NCBI GenBank assembly: GCA_030704615.1
Contig: CM060731.1
Coordinates: forward strand, 56,110,001 to 56,174,000
Origin: Takakia lepidozioides
Lineage: Eukaryota > Plantae > Bryophyta
DNA: 64,000 nucleotides
Reading direction: 5' to 3'
This document shows positions 25,401-36,751 of this stretch, one piece after another (within the stretch, counting starts at the first letter, position 1; the number at the start of each line of letters is the position of its first letter). The notes beneath the pieces are model-generated. The model saw only the letters and a list, made by a program, of their open reading frames with translations. It ran no database searches and had not been told where the DNA came from. The translations under genes and the position numbers were made by a program.

Positions 25401-28400
25401 GACACACAAGCACATCAGTTCAAGATGGAGATATCTCCTGCAGCAGAGAGCCTACGTGACTATGTGACGACCTTTCTGCTCTACCAAACCAACCTATTCT
25501 TTCGGGAGATAGCAGATGCTCGCCGGAGCCACGAGTTCACCGACCAGCCAAACGCGGACAAAGCAGCAATGCGCCTTCTGTACAGGTATATACGCGCTGC
25601 CTTTCTTTCAAGTCCTTGCATTTCAGGATGTTAGAAGCCTCATGTGGTGTTAGGGAAAATGGCGCCGAATTTCCAGTCAGGGCTCCGAAAATGGCTAAGT
25701 CCCTAGACTGGCTGGCCCTGAACTGGAAATTCGGCGCCATTTTCCAGTTCTAGGCCCTATTGCCGTTCAGGGACTTGGCCATTTTCGGGCTAAGTCCCTA
25801 GACTGGCTGGCCCGGAAGTGGAAATTCGGCGCCATTTTCCAGTTGTAGGCCCTATTGCCGTTCAGGGACTTGGCCATTTTCGGGCTAAGTCCCTAGACTG
25901 GCTGGCCCTGAACTGGAAATTCGGCGCCATTTTCCAGTTCTAGGCCCTATTGCCGTTCAGGGACTTGGCCATTTTCGGGCTAAGTCCCTAGACTGGCTGG
26001 CCCGGAAGTGGAAATTCGGCGCCATTTTCCAGTTGTAGGCCCTATTGCCGTTCAGGGACTTGGCCATTTTCGGGCTAAGTCCCTAGACTGGCTGGCCCGG
26101 AAGTGGAAATTCGGCGCCATTTTCCAGTTGTAGGCCCTATTGCCGTTCAGGGACTTGGCCATTTTCGGGCTAAGTCCCTAGACTGGCTGGCCCGGAAGTG
26201 GAAATTCGGCGCCATTTTCCAGTTGTAGGCCCTATTGCCGTTCAGGGACTTGGCCATTTTCGGGCTAAGTCCCTAGACTGGCTGGCCCGGAAGTGGAAAT
26301 TCGGCGCCATTTTCCAGTTGTAGGCCCTATTGCCGTTCAGGGACTTGGCCATTTTCGGGCTAAGTCCCTAGACTGGCTGGCCCGGAAGTGGAAATTCGGC
26401 GCCATTTTTCAGTTCTAGGCCCTATTGCCGTTCAGGGACTTAGCCATCTTCGGGCCAAACCGGGAAAAATGGCGCCGAATTTCCAGTTCAGGGCTCCCAA
26501 GATGGCTAAGTCCCTAGGGTGGCAGTCACCAAAAACCGAAATTCGGCGCCATTTTTCCATTTCTAGGCCCACTCACATCCGCCCCAACCTGGGAAAATGA
26601 TGCCGAATATGCATTCAGGGACCTCATTGTGTTTTTCATGAATGCAGGTACTGCAAGTTCTCCCTTTTGGAGAAAGGTCATTTGTCTTTCGAGCCACCAT
26701 TCTTCCTGGCATGGAGGAACCCTGGGGCTGACTCCATGTACACTGACGATATTGTGAAGGAGTGGCATTTGGAACATTTGCGTGATTGCCCTTGGTATGT
26801 GGACCTTCCGCCCGGCTCGCTCGACCCATCCGAGTTTCAATTGAAGTTGGATGCTGAATTCCGATGAAACCGGGCTCCGCTGCCTCCGTTGGGTGCAAAA
26901 GAGGCAAAAGCGCTTGCGAACTCCAGGAAAGCGGCAGAGCTTGCTCAGGCAGGAATTCAGGAGAAATTGCATGAGAAGAGTAAAGGCCAAAGGAAAATGA
27001 CAAGGAAACAAGTGAGTGCAGTAACACCCAAAAAGAAGAAAACCATCGGGGCATCGGAGGAGGCGCAGGAGGGGACCCAAGAGAGTGACTCCGACGACGA
27101 CTTTGTTCAAGGTCCTGCAACTGCTGTTGCTCCTACCCAGTCACCGGTCGTCCGGGTTCCCAAGTCAGTTCGGAGTGGGACTGGCTCTGCCAAGAAGTTG
27201 GCATTTGAGGGCGAGCCTACACGGCGGTATTCGGCGGTGACGTTTACGCACAGGCCAAAGCTAGAACCTCCAACCATCATCCAATGCGTCAATGAGAGCT
27301 TCCTTGACGCTCTCGCTGCCAGGGCGAAGAAGGTGGCACACAGCAAGTCTCTGGCGGAGCAGAAGGGGAAAGCCAAGAAGAGGGCTGCCGGTACAGAGCC
27401 TAAAGACACCCCTGGTTTTGAAGCCATGATGGAATTCTTCACGGCTGTGAGCACGAATTGCAAGAGCACTCGGGGGGGGGTTGAGGTGGAGAGAGCTTGC
27501 GACATGATTCTCCTCGACATTCCAGATGGGGAGCTGCTGGAGGGCCTGGATGGTGTGCCCACCTGGAACAGGTTTACTGAGGACTACTGGAAAGCCGGGT
27601 TTGGGCTGGCGGGGATGCTTCTGGATGACGGTGGATGTGTGGTTGTCCTTGCCACAAGAGGGAAGACCACAGAGAATGCGGTGGCAAGGTGGACACCCAA
27701 AAGTGTCACCCCGGTCCTCCTCAGAAAATGGTTCTGCATCAGTACACAGGGGTTGTGAATAGAGGGCCAAAGTGTAAGTTATCAATCTATTGCATTCACT
27801 TCATATTGTGGTGTATGTTAAGTAGGCCCTGGAGTTGATCCCTTCTTTGTTGGATGTGCAGACATTGGTGTTTGAGGCATATTGCTTTGTGAAGAGAGGG
27901 TCTACGTTCAAATTCCGCAACGACGGTCGTCTTGTTGATGCCGCTGTGGACCCTGTAACCTACGATGTCCTCTACAACTATGTGCCCCACTCCAGTATGC
28001 CAAAGGACACAAAGACAGGCAAACCGTGGCGGTACAGCCGGACCCGGAGCCCTGCTTTCATCCAAACCCTCATGGAGACGTGCTCGGATGTCCAAGGGCG
28101 GATTCTCGACCTCACATGCGGCACGGGTAAGCCTTCACATGCTCAGTTTGTCCCCTGGCCCGATTGCAATTGCATGCCGCAAGCTATTAACCGCCCGCTT
28201 TGTTCCTCAGGTGCTTCAATGTGGGCAGGGACGTTGTCCGACAGGCATGTGTTCGCCTTCGAGCCAGATACTGCCCTCCACAACTCGGAACTTGCAGCGG
28301 CTGAACGTCTGCCGAAAGAGGAAGAGGCATCCTCGGAGGATGAGGAAAAATCCGAGAAGGAGCAGGGGGAGGAAGTTGGGATCGAGGCCGAGGAGCCCCC

Positions 28401-28990
28401 GGTTTACGAGTGAGTGGTGGCATTGTAAGTTGCCTCCAGATTTGGTGAGGCACCTCCCTCCGCTCTCTTATTTCATTGAAAACCCTTTCTGGTTGTGCTG
28501 GTATTGACATTCTTGAAGTGGATTTGTTCTTACTGTAGGATGCCAAGTACTGCCGGAGGGACGTCTGCACCGGAGTTCATGGGCAGGAGGAACGTGCCTT
28601 TTTTTGCCAGGGGGGATTTCATGCCTAGTCCAGAAAGGGAGTACATTCCTACTTATGCTGCCCGGCTTGCTTCGGTGTCCATTAGGAGGTGTTCCGAACG
28701 TAGTCGTGTACAGCAGATTTTAGACGAGGCAAGCCTCAAGAAAATGAAGATGAGGGAGGAGGCAGCAGCTATTAGAGCCCGTCGGGCTCGTAGATTTGTC
28801 TTGGATTCTGCTGAGGAAAGTGGGGGAGAAGAGGCAGAAGATTCCCAGGAGGTGAGGTGGACAGTCCCCCAAGGAGAGGACGGGATTTTTTAGAGGCATA
28901 GTGGAACTGATGCATCACAGAGCTCGGAGGATGAGGGGGATGAGGGGGATGAGGAAGAAGGTGGGGCAAGTTCCTCGGAGGGTGTAGGAG
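22494..28990 (+). pseudogene. MULE cargo gene: ParB/Srx-like domain, helical middle, beta-class N6A/N4C DNA-methyltransferase-like domain, acidic tail; about 10 exons
   Basis: ParB-like RIPLCRL...VRP...FYVWDGNHC (24206-24232). MTase-like DMILLDIPDG (27501-27530), LLDDGGCVVV, RSPAFIQTLMETCS.VQGRILDLTCGTG|ASMWAG..DRHVFAFE (28046-28263). Introns e.g. 24373-24490, 24681-24783, ~25586-26647. First exon 22494-22571 with GC donor is tentative. Premature stops at 26865, 27756, 28891. Confidence 0.8.
25690..26450. repeat. 95-bp tandem repeat x8 inside a cargo-gene intron
   Basis: TAAGTCCCTAGACTGG at 25696, 25791, 25886, 25981, 26076, 26171, 26266, 26361; each unit has GGAAATTCGGCGCCATTTTCC. Confidence 0.97.
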
Positions 28991-29726
28991 AGTAGTGCCC
29001 ATTCCGGCTATGACAGTTAGAACACACTTGTATAGACGTGGCTTGCCACAAAATTTGCAATAAAATGTTGCATTTCAAGTCCACTGGTGCCACATTCCAA
29101 CTTAACATGACCCTATTTCCGTGCCTCCTAACCCTATTTCCGTGGACTCACAATGGTCTGCTCATGCTTTTTTTTTTTCCGCTCATGCTCATGCCGCTCA
29201 TGAAATAGCAGCCCCCGGATTGTAGCGCCTTGGAGTGACAGAAGGGCCCTCGCAAGTCTATGTAGAGACAGATTAGAGACAGAGATGTCAAGGAGGGTTA
29301 TTTCCTACACACTCCCTTCTCAACCCTTCACTCTCCTTCACGTCGTCATTGAGGGAAGTACCTCCTTTACGGAAGGGTAGAATGACAGAGAGTCTGCAGA
29401 GCAGGTGAGAATGAGGGCCCGCACTCATGTATGAGAGTTTCTTGCGTGGAAGAAGAGTGCTACATAGGGGGGATTTTTTGCGCGGGAACTTTTTATTGCA
29501 TTCGTTGCGCCAAAAATCCAAGAACCCAAGAAATTCAAGTGATTTCACATTCTTTTGTCATCTTGAGGTTTACTAGCTAGCTTGAGTCCTAACATGCTTG
29601 ATAGTATGCAGGCTGCACAGAGCGTTGCCCACAAAGGCAGTGCAAAAGCGGGCCCCACGCAAACTAGTGGTTGAAGGTGAGCCAAGGCGGTCATCTAGGT
29701 TCGTACTACAGCTTCCACCACGGAGC

Positions 29727-32700
29727 ATGGCCACAGAGGGAGAACCCGACAATCGACACTACACTACAGGCGACTCAGACACCGACGACAACACCTGCCC
29801 TCCAAACGATGAAGGCACTGGTAACACTAATCCCCTCCATGATGGGAAAGGGAAGAGACCCGTTGAAATGCCTCCAAGGCCGCCTGCCAAACGTCTTGCA
29901 CCACAGCAGTACATATCACCCGTGGTGAGTGCTACTCCTACACACATTAATCCTAAGCTCCATCTCTATGTGTATTAGGTGCATATTTGGGTTTGGATCC
30001 ATAATGTAGACAACACACTGTGGGTGTTGATATGCCAGAGTAGAGATCAAAAAGCCCCAGTTCGATTTGGGAGGTTCAGCAAAGATGATTTCGCCAAATT
30101 TTGGGTCATTCCACTACCCTGCATTCTCTTGTCTTGCTTCATAGGTGGTAAGGGCTTTGGCCATTTGGTATTGGTGATTTGGTGCAATCTCATGAGAAAA
30201 ACCTAATTACAAACACCAAAGTGATGTGCTTTTGCTTGTGAGGATATGAACATAAAAAAAGGAACAATTGATCTAGCATGTTCAGGAAAGTACTGAAAAT
30301 ACTCTAGTTGTGCTAATTCCAGATGCAGACTTGATGTGTGGATTTATCAGTCAGGATTTGCAGTGGCAGTGTCTTGCCTGGATCATGTTGGTAGATGTCC
30401 ACTTACTGCGTAATGTTTAATGTGGCAGTCAAGAAGCAAACGGGGGAGAGGAAAATTTGCTGGGACCCTTCAACGTAGCCCTGCGCGTGGCACATTTGCG
30501 CCCATGGAAGGGGGACATGCTCAAAATCCAACTGGCTGTTCTCGCCCAGTCCGTCCACCCCCTCACCCCCATGAAAGGTATAGTGATGTATGTGGTTCTA
30601 GCAGTCAATTAGGTTGGAACAACATAGGGGGGGAACCATTGTATGCTGGCCATGTTTTCCATTCTCCCCGTAGAGGAGCAGGCGCATCACAAATGGGAGG
30701 CAGGCCCCGTCCCCAACCTCCAGCTCCCCTGTATAACTCATACCAGGAACCAGTGCATCTTGATGAGGATTAGTATGGGGAGGTAGATGTGTATGGACAT
30801 GAAGTAGGGGAAGTAGAGAACTGGGGCATGCCGGACATGCAGTGGCCTGATAATGATATTGCTGGCGAGGGGGATGGTTACATGGAGGAAGAACCTGTTA
30901 TGCATCCACTGGACATCCGTAATGCAGAGCGGAGGGCAAGGCGAGCTGCGCAGGTTGCTATGAATGCAAGTGCTGCTTGGAGAGGGGATCAGCAAATTCG
31001 ACCCCCTGTAATGATAGAGCTGACTTAGTTAGGGGCACCAAGGAGCCACACGAACTCGCTGGCAGAATGCCCTTAAAGGGCAAATCCTTCGCATGCTAGA
31101 TGTTTCCTCACATCTCAGAAAACAACGCTCGTCTGACTTGGATCTCGTATTCAAGACAATGAAGAACATGTTTACTTACACTCTTGTTCAGCTAGATGTT
31201 GTGGTTGTGAGGAAGACAATAGGGGTCATGTTAAAAACTATTCACACAGACTTGCGGGGTCATTTTCTCAAGGGGAAAGGCAAACCAGCGACTGTGAGTT
31301 CTGCACAATGGGACCGCCTAGTGGCTTATTGGCAAACAGAGAAGTTTCTGAAATCTTCTGAGAATGGGGCTGCTGCTAACAAGGCTGCAAAGAAACAAAG
31401 CAAGACAGGACCCGGTGGAATGAATGGGGTTGAAGTTTCGTCTGGTAAGGACCTCACTTGCAAAACCTGAAGCACTATTGATGATGTGGACCCCTTTTTG
31501 ATGTAGTGCCTATATGGGAAATGTGGAAATGCATGCAATTTTTGTGCACATGTGTAATCTAATACTTGAATATTCTGGCGTATGCAGGCTATGTCAACTG
31601 GCAGGGCCCCTTCTTTCCAAGAGATCCAAGAGGGATCAGCGAGCAAAGTGGGTGATCAGCCCACTGGCCCTAGAGTGAGTCATTTAAGAAAGGAGAGGCT
31701 GTTCATTTTAGTATATTATGTTGTTTATGCCTTCATTTGTAGTATGTCTATTGACATTTGACGGTTTGTTTGGCAGGACAAGACAAGCACCATCCGCAAA
31801 TTGGCAGAAAAAGTGTCATTGCTGGAGGGAGGTATGGCGGACATGAGGAAATTCATGTCTGAAGCCAAGGAGTTCAATAGGTTTTTGGCTATGAAGTTTG
31901 GCCTGAAGCTTGACCCTTGTTCCGATGGCAACACACGTGCAGGCTCATCTATCGTGGTAGATGGAGCTACACCTGTCCCTACCGTGTCAACTCGTCTGGA
32001 CTCACGTTTTAACATGATTGAAGCGATTGGCAATAAACCAGTACTGAACGTGGAGGGTTCACAGTCCATGCGGTCACCTTCTCCAGTGCGAGAAGTCAAC
32101 GGCAATGGAGACCCAGTTGATAATGATCAAGGATCACCTACTTCATCAAGCAAGGGTCAGGGCATGTTACCTGCACAATTTGAACCACCTACACCCAAAC
32201 ATCTATTGATTTTGGACTTGAATGGATTGTTGTGCGATGCCACTCACCATGTTCTTTCTGTCCCAAAAGGAATATTGCCTGAAATCCTAGGTAGGCCTCA
32301 TCCTAAGTACTTTAAGAATCCTCATCTATGACGATGTACGATGAAATTGTCCAAGAAATGTGGTTCAAAGCTCGTGATGTTAAGACCAGGGTGTTGTGAA
32401 TTTATTGCAAATTGTTTGAAAGTCTGGTCCTCTGCACAAATTCACAATGTTCGGGCAGCCGTCGATTGGATATTCAGGGCGCATGTTACAAGGCTTCAGT
32501 TTGTATGGGATCAGTCCCACTGTGAACGTGAGGAAGGGGAAAACATGCAGTCCTCATCAAAGCCTGTTTTTTACAAATGTTTGGAGAAGGTGTGGAAGGC
32601 AATGCCACAGTGGTCGGCCCGAAACACTGTCTTAGTTGACGACAGTCCTTACAAGGGGATGCGCAATCCCGCCTACTCTGGGGTTTATCCAGTTTCATGG

Positions 32701-33765
32701 ACACATGACACAGGGGTTGCTGACACTGGGCAGTTGGACAGTGTGTGGCCCTACCTCGAAAGACTGGCACAGTCCCCCAATGTGCCCGAATTCATACGCA
32801 CAACAGGGGGATATGGACAGGGACCTATTACTACAGAGGCTGAAGGCGTGGCCAGAGAGGTACACTCTGGCCCTCACCTTGCATTAGTGAATGTTAATAT
32901 CTTATGTTAGTCATAGGTTTGTGGACATTTGACAATAGTGTTTGTCATTGTTAGTATTGTGAACAGCTATTTGACATATTGTTGTTGTACAATGCAATAT
33001 CAGCCGCATGGTCGCAGAAATCCAAACACAGCGAGGGTTTCGGGCGCAGCAAACACTGCCTTGGAGAAAAATATGGTAAGATCTCTTACCTTTTTTGTGC
33101 TTACAGTTATGAGGACTATAATCATTTACCTGTGGGAGTTCAATTGTTTCTTGACACATAGTTGGCATGAGGTTGAAGGGCACAACAGGGCACATTGTGG
33201 ATGCAACCCCCGTAGCATGACACGGGTAAGGCAAAAAACACCTGGCAGTGGGCTGATCTCCTTTATGTTTGCGATTTCCCCATGTTGTTGCAGAAAGCAA
33301 GCTGTCCTAGTGAAGACAACACCAGCTCAGAAGATCATTATTCCAACACCCTCGGAGCAAAATGGGGTGAGAAAAACTATACACCCCTATCATCTTCTCA
33401 TGATTGCACTGGTTGCATGTGACTCGGTTCAAACCTCTGAAATATGGGACTCATTTTTAACTGACACTGCTTGTGGATTGTGGCAGGTGATTAAAGGCCA
33501 TCGAGTGTGGCTTTTGGATGCCCTATCAAAAGCCAAAGTAGGTAGTGGTTTGGTGATGGGTTTGCAGGGCAGTACACGCCCAGAGCGATACCCATCTATA
33601 CCTGTTGGGTACGTGGCTGTGCGTGTGGATGAAGTATGCACTGCTAGCACCCCGCTTGCATCCTTCAATACTTCAGTACGGCCAGCTAACTTGGTCACAC
33701 TCTGGACTCTATCACAATGTGGAGTGATAAGCTGCTCAAAGTGCTACCTCAACGGTGATTTTTAG
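29727..33765 (+). pseudogene. CACTA second gene: TnpA/Transposase_24-like, FCP1/NIF HAD-phosphatase-like domain, and Tnp1-like C-terminal domain; multi-exon with stops
   Basis: PATVSSAQWDRLVAYWQTEKF...KTGPGG (31284-31420). HLLILDLNGLL, LRPGCCEF, VWSSA, FVWDQSHC, KPVFYKCLEKVW, NTVLVDDSPYK (32200-32660). Terminal exon VWLLD...VGSGLV...IPVGYVAVRVDEV. Stops at 30771, 31026, 32329. Confidence 0.75.
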
Positions 33766-35123
33766 AGGTAATGCTCTTACTTTGACATGTGGTTACTCTT
33801 GAGTGATTAGCTAAATAGATCTCATGTAGTACTTACACAAACCAGTGGATTGAAACCAACAACCTCTTCTCAGCTAGTGTTGTTGATTTGTTTATACATG
33901 TGTGCATTCACGTGCAGGACCTGCGATCATGATCTCTTGTAAAGAAGGAGGCAGAAGGTGTTGGGGCAGAAGAGACATGCTATGGACAATCAACAAGGAG
34001 GAAGGTGCTCGGTTTGTCACATGTTTGGATTCATATATGTGCAATGGGTACTTGGGTACTTGGGCTACCGTTGAGAGATTAGATTCTTTGAACTCTCCAC
34101 TTTTTTTTTTATCTGGAGGCACTGTACAGACTTGAAACAAACCATTGTCTTCCTATCATATTTTCAAATGTCGAATCTTTTTTTTACCCAATTGGCTCGT
34201 GACACCGTGTATTTGTGCAAAATGATATATTCTCATATTATAAATTACATATAAATGGTATTATATTTGAATACATATAAATATACTAATTCAGTAAACA
34301 TATAATACAAATTAAACCACTATCCACTCTAATTTGAAAATAAATAAAATACAAAATAAAAATAAACAGAAAACAAATGTACTATTAAGGTAAATATTAC
34401 AAATTCCATCCAGTTAGAATACTACATGTGGAGTAGAGATGGGTCATGCCCATGACTCAACTAGGCACCAACAGCCATGCAAAGCGTGACACGTGTCCAG
34501 TCATACTCATGAACTCAAACCAATGAGGTCATACTCATGACTCAAATACCTTTCACATCTCAAATTCATACCATATATTATGCGCCACGTAGCCATTCAA
34601 TGAGACTTGAGTCAGATACACGACCACCTAAAGTTATAAAATGGTCATTCTCATGACCAAGATGGTCATGCTTATGACCAGGATAATTTCCCATTCCTAC
34701 CTGATACCATACAAAGAGCGCCACGTGTCCGGGCACGAACGCATCCACAATCAGATTTATGACTCTCTAAAAGTTGCTAGATTTTAACACGTGGTATCGC
34801 TCAACGTGAACACGTGGCCGTTGTGGCATGCGTGCGAGATAACGTCATCCCTACATCTGTCATCATCTGAAATTGACACGTCGAAATCCGGGGAGAGCCA
34901 CGTGTTGCTAGAAAACAGTCACAGACGTGACGAAATACAGGGTCATGCATCTTGCTCACAAGGGGATATCAGCCAGAGTCATATTCATGACACGGATATT
35001 AGAGACATCGTAACGACACGGTCTGCATGACTCTTTGCAAAAGAGTAAAAAATGAGTCAAAATGATCAAAAGAGTCATGAAAACAGTAAAAAAATGTCAT
35101 GAAACCCGTTTTTTGTACTAGTG

Positions 35124-35278
35124 AAGTCTTCAATTTACCTTCATCAAACTGATCCTTCCTTTTCATCTGAATTCTGGTCATGTTATCTGCTGCATTAGCA
35201 CGTACTTCTTCAATCAGTGGCTGTGATTATATACTTGTTCTATGTATTCCTGGCTGGTGGATTAATTGGTCCAACAAA
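35124..35278 (-). mobile_element. Gypsy-1 integrase fragment with internal deletion
   Basis: Matches ~41640-41725, then jumps to ~42244-42309 of Gypsy-2. Confidence 0.8.
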
Positions 35279-35291
35279 GGGGAAGGGGTAA

Positions 35292-36344
35292 TGTTAGAGG
35301 ACTGTCTGGGATTTAGACACTTATACGGGATCTGTGGGGTACCCTTAATTTTTGCACAGACTGAGACCAACAGGAGCCTTAGGGGTGACAACAGCGCACT
35401 TTAGGGGGGGTTACACAGCCTGTCACAGCCAACACAGCCCATCACAGTCAACACAGCCCGTCACAGTCCGTCACAGTCCGACACAGCCAACACAGTCGTC
35501 ACAGTCGTCACAGTCCGACACAGCCCGAAACAGCCACACAGCCACACAGCCAGTCACAGCCCAACACAGTCGCACAGCCAGTCACAGCCCGACACAGCCG
35601 GTCACAGCCGGTCACAGTTTCACACAGCCAGTCACAACTTGACACAGCTGTCACGACCATAGGGAACAGATAGCAGGACAGGGAACGACTGTGGGGAACA
35701 ACACCTGCGAAGGGAACATGTTAGTTCACTGATGACGGTTAGTGAGGGAAACGGTTAGAACAACGGGTAGGAAGATAAAGCTAGGAGCAAGGACTGGAAA
35801 AGGATCAATTCTTGGATCACTTCTTGGGGAATCACTGCTGGAAGGAGTAAGAGGATCACTTCTTGGAGGAATTTCGGACATCACTGGGGGAAACGAGGAG
35901 AGAGCGTATCTCTGAGCAGAAAGAGGGAGAGCACGGAGTAGGAGGAGGATCTGTTGATGCTTAATGAATGCAGGCAGTAGAATTGTAATGTAGAGCAGAT
36001 TAGAGACTCCATGGCTTCAGCCTGATACTTGATAGATATTAATCTGATACACACTTCATACTCACACTGTGTAGAGAGATATGAGTGAAGTTGTGGAATG
36101 AATGGATGAGTTGATGGAGTCCGATAGATTGATGAAGCAAACTGATACTTAATTACCAGCAGTAAGATAACTAGCTAACATGAATCGAGAAGGAAAACAA
36201 ATAGGAAACACCCCCATGATACACTAGCTGTAGGTCATGACTGATTGTTCTGAGCGGGCTGAGTACTTAGAGATTTCCAACTCTTCTATCTTGGAGTTTC
36301 CGCCTCGGATAGCGAAGGGATGGGTGAGTAAAAGCCGCGCGACA
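35292..36344 (+). repeat. 3' LTR (TG...CA, 1053 bp) preceded by polypurine tract GGGGAAGGGGTAA; inverted relative to 48049-49104
   Basis: TGTTAGAGG...GCCGCGCGACA; near-identical to the reverse complement of 48049-49104. Confidence 0.93.
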
Positions 36345-36751
36345 TCCTGCCTACTCTCCCTGCTCATTCCATTGCCCGCAGCAGAATCCACTAAGTGTTT
36401 TCCTGCCTACGCTCCCTGCTACACACACTCTTGCTCGTTCTTTTGCTCATAGCACCCTGTAGGGCATTCCCCGCCATCGCGCACAGATGAAGTTCATTCA
36501 TCTCCCGGATGAAAAACACACATCGCCATACGTTCATCCTCATGGATGAAAAATCATGGATGGATGAAAAATCGCGGGTACTTAGGCTATATCCTGGCCA
36601 AGCATTCCCCAATGTTCCCATGATGTTCCTAGAACATGGATGAACTTCATTCATCCGATGGATGAAAAATCCACTGTTTCATAACTTACCTACTTTCATC
36701 CAGGCGAACTCTTGAAATAACCTGGCAAGTATGGAACCGTGTCCTCACGGT

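Larger units (their letters stand above)
15651..29216. mobile_element. Complete Mutator-like element (MULE copy 2), 13,566 bp
   Basis: Perfect 9-bp TSD GGATTGTAG (15642-15650 / 29217-29225). Short imperfect TIRs GAGGTTTGCTATTTCATGAG / GGGGGCTGCTATTTCATGAG (rc) with CATGAGCGG subterminal repeats. Encodes a MULE-type DDE transposase. Confidence 0.95.
9821..35123. mobile_element. CACTA (En/Spm) transposon with nested MULE
   Basis: Starts CACTAC (9821), ends TAGTG (35123). 3-bp TSD AAG (9818-9820 / 35124-35126). TCATGAC-type subterminal repeats at both ends. The flanks rejoin into continuous Gypsy integrase sequence (compare 41600-41700). Confidence 0.95.
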
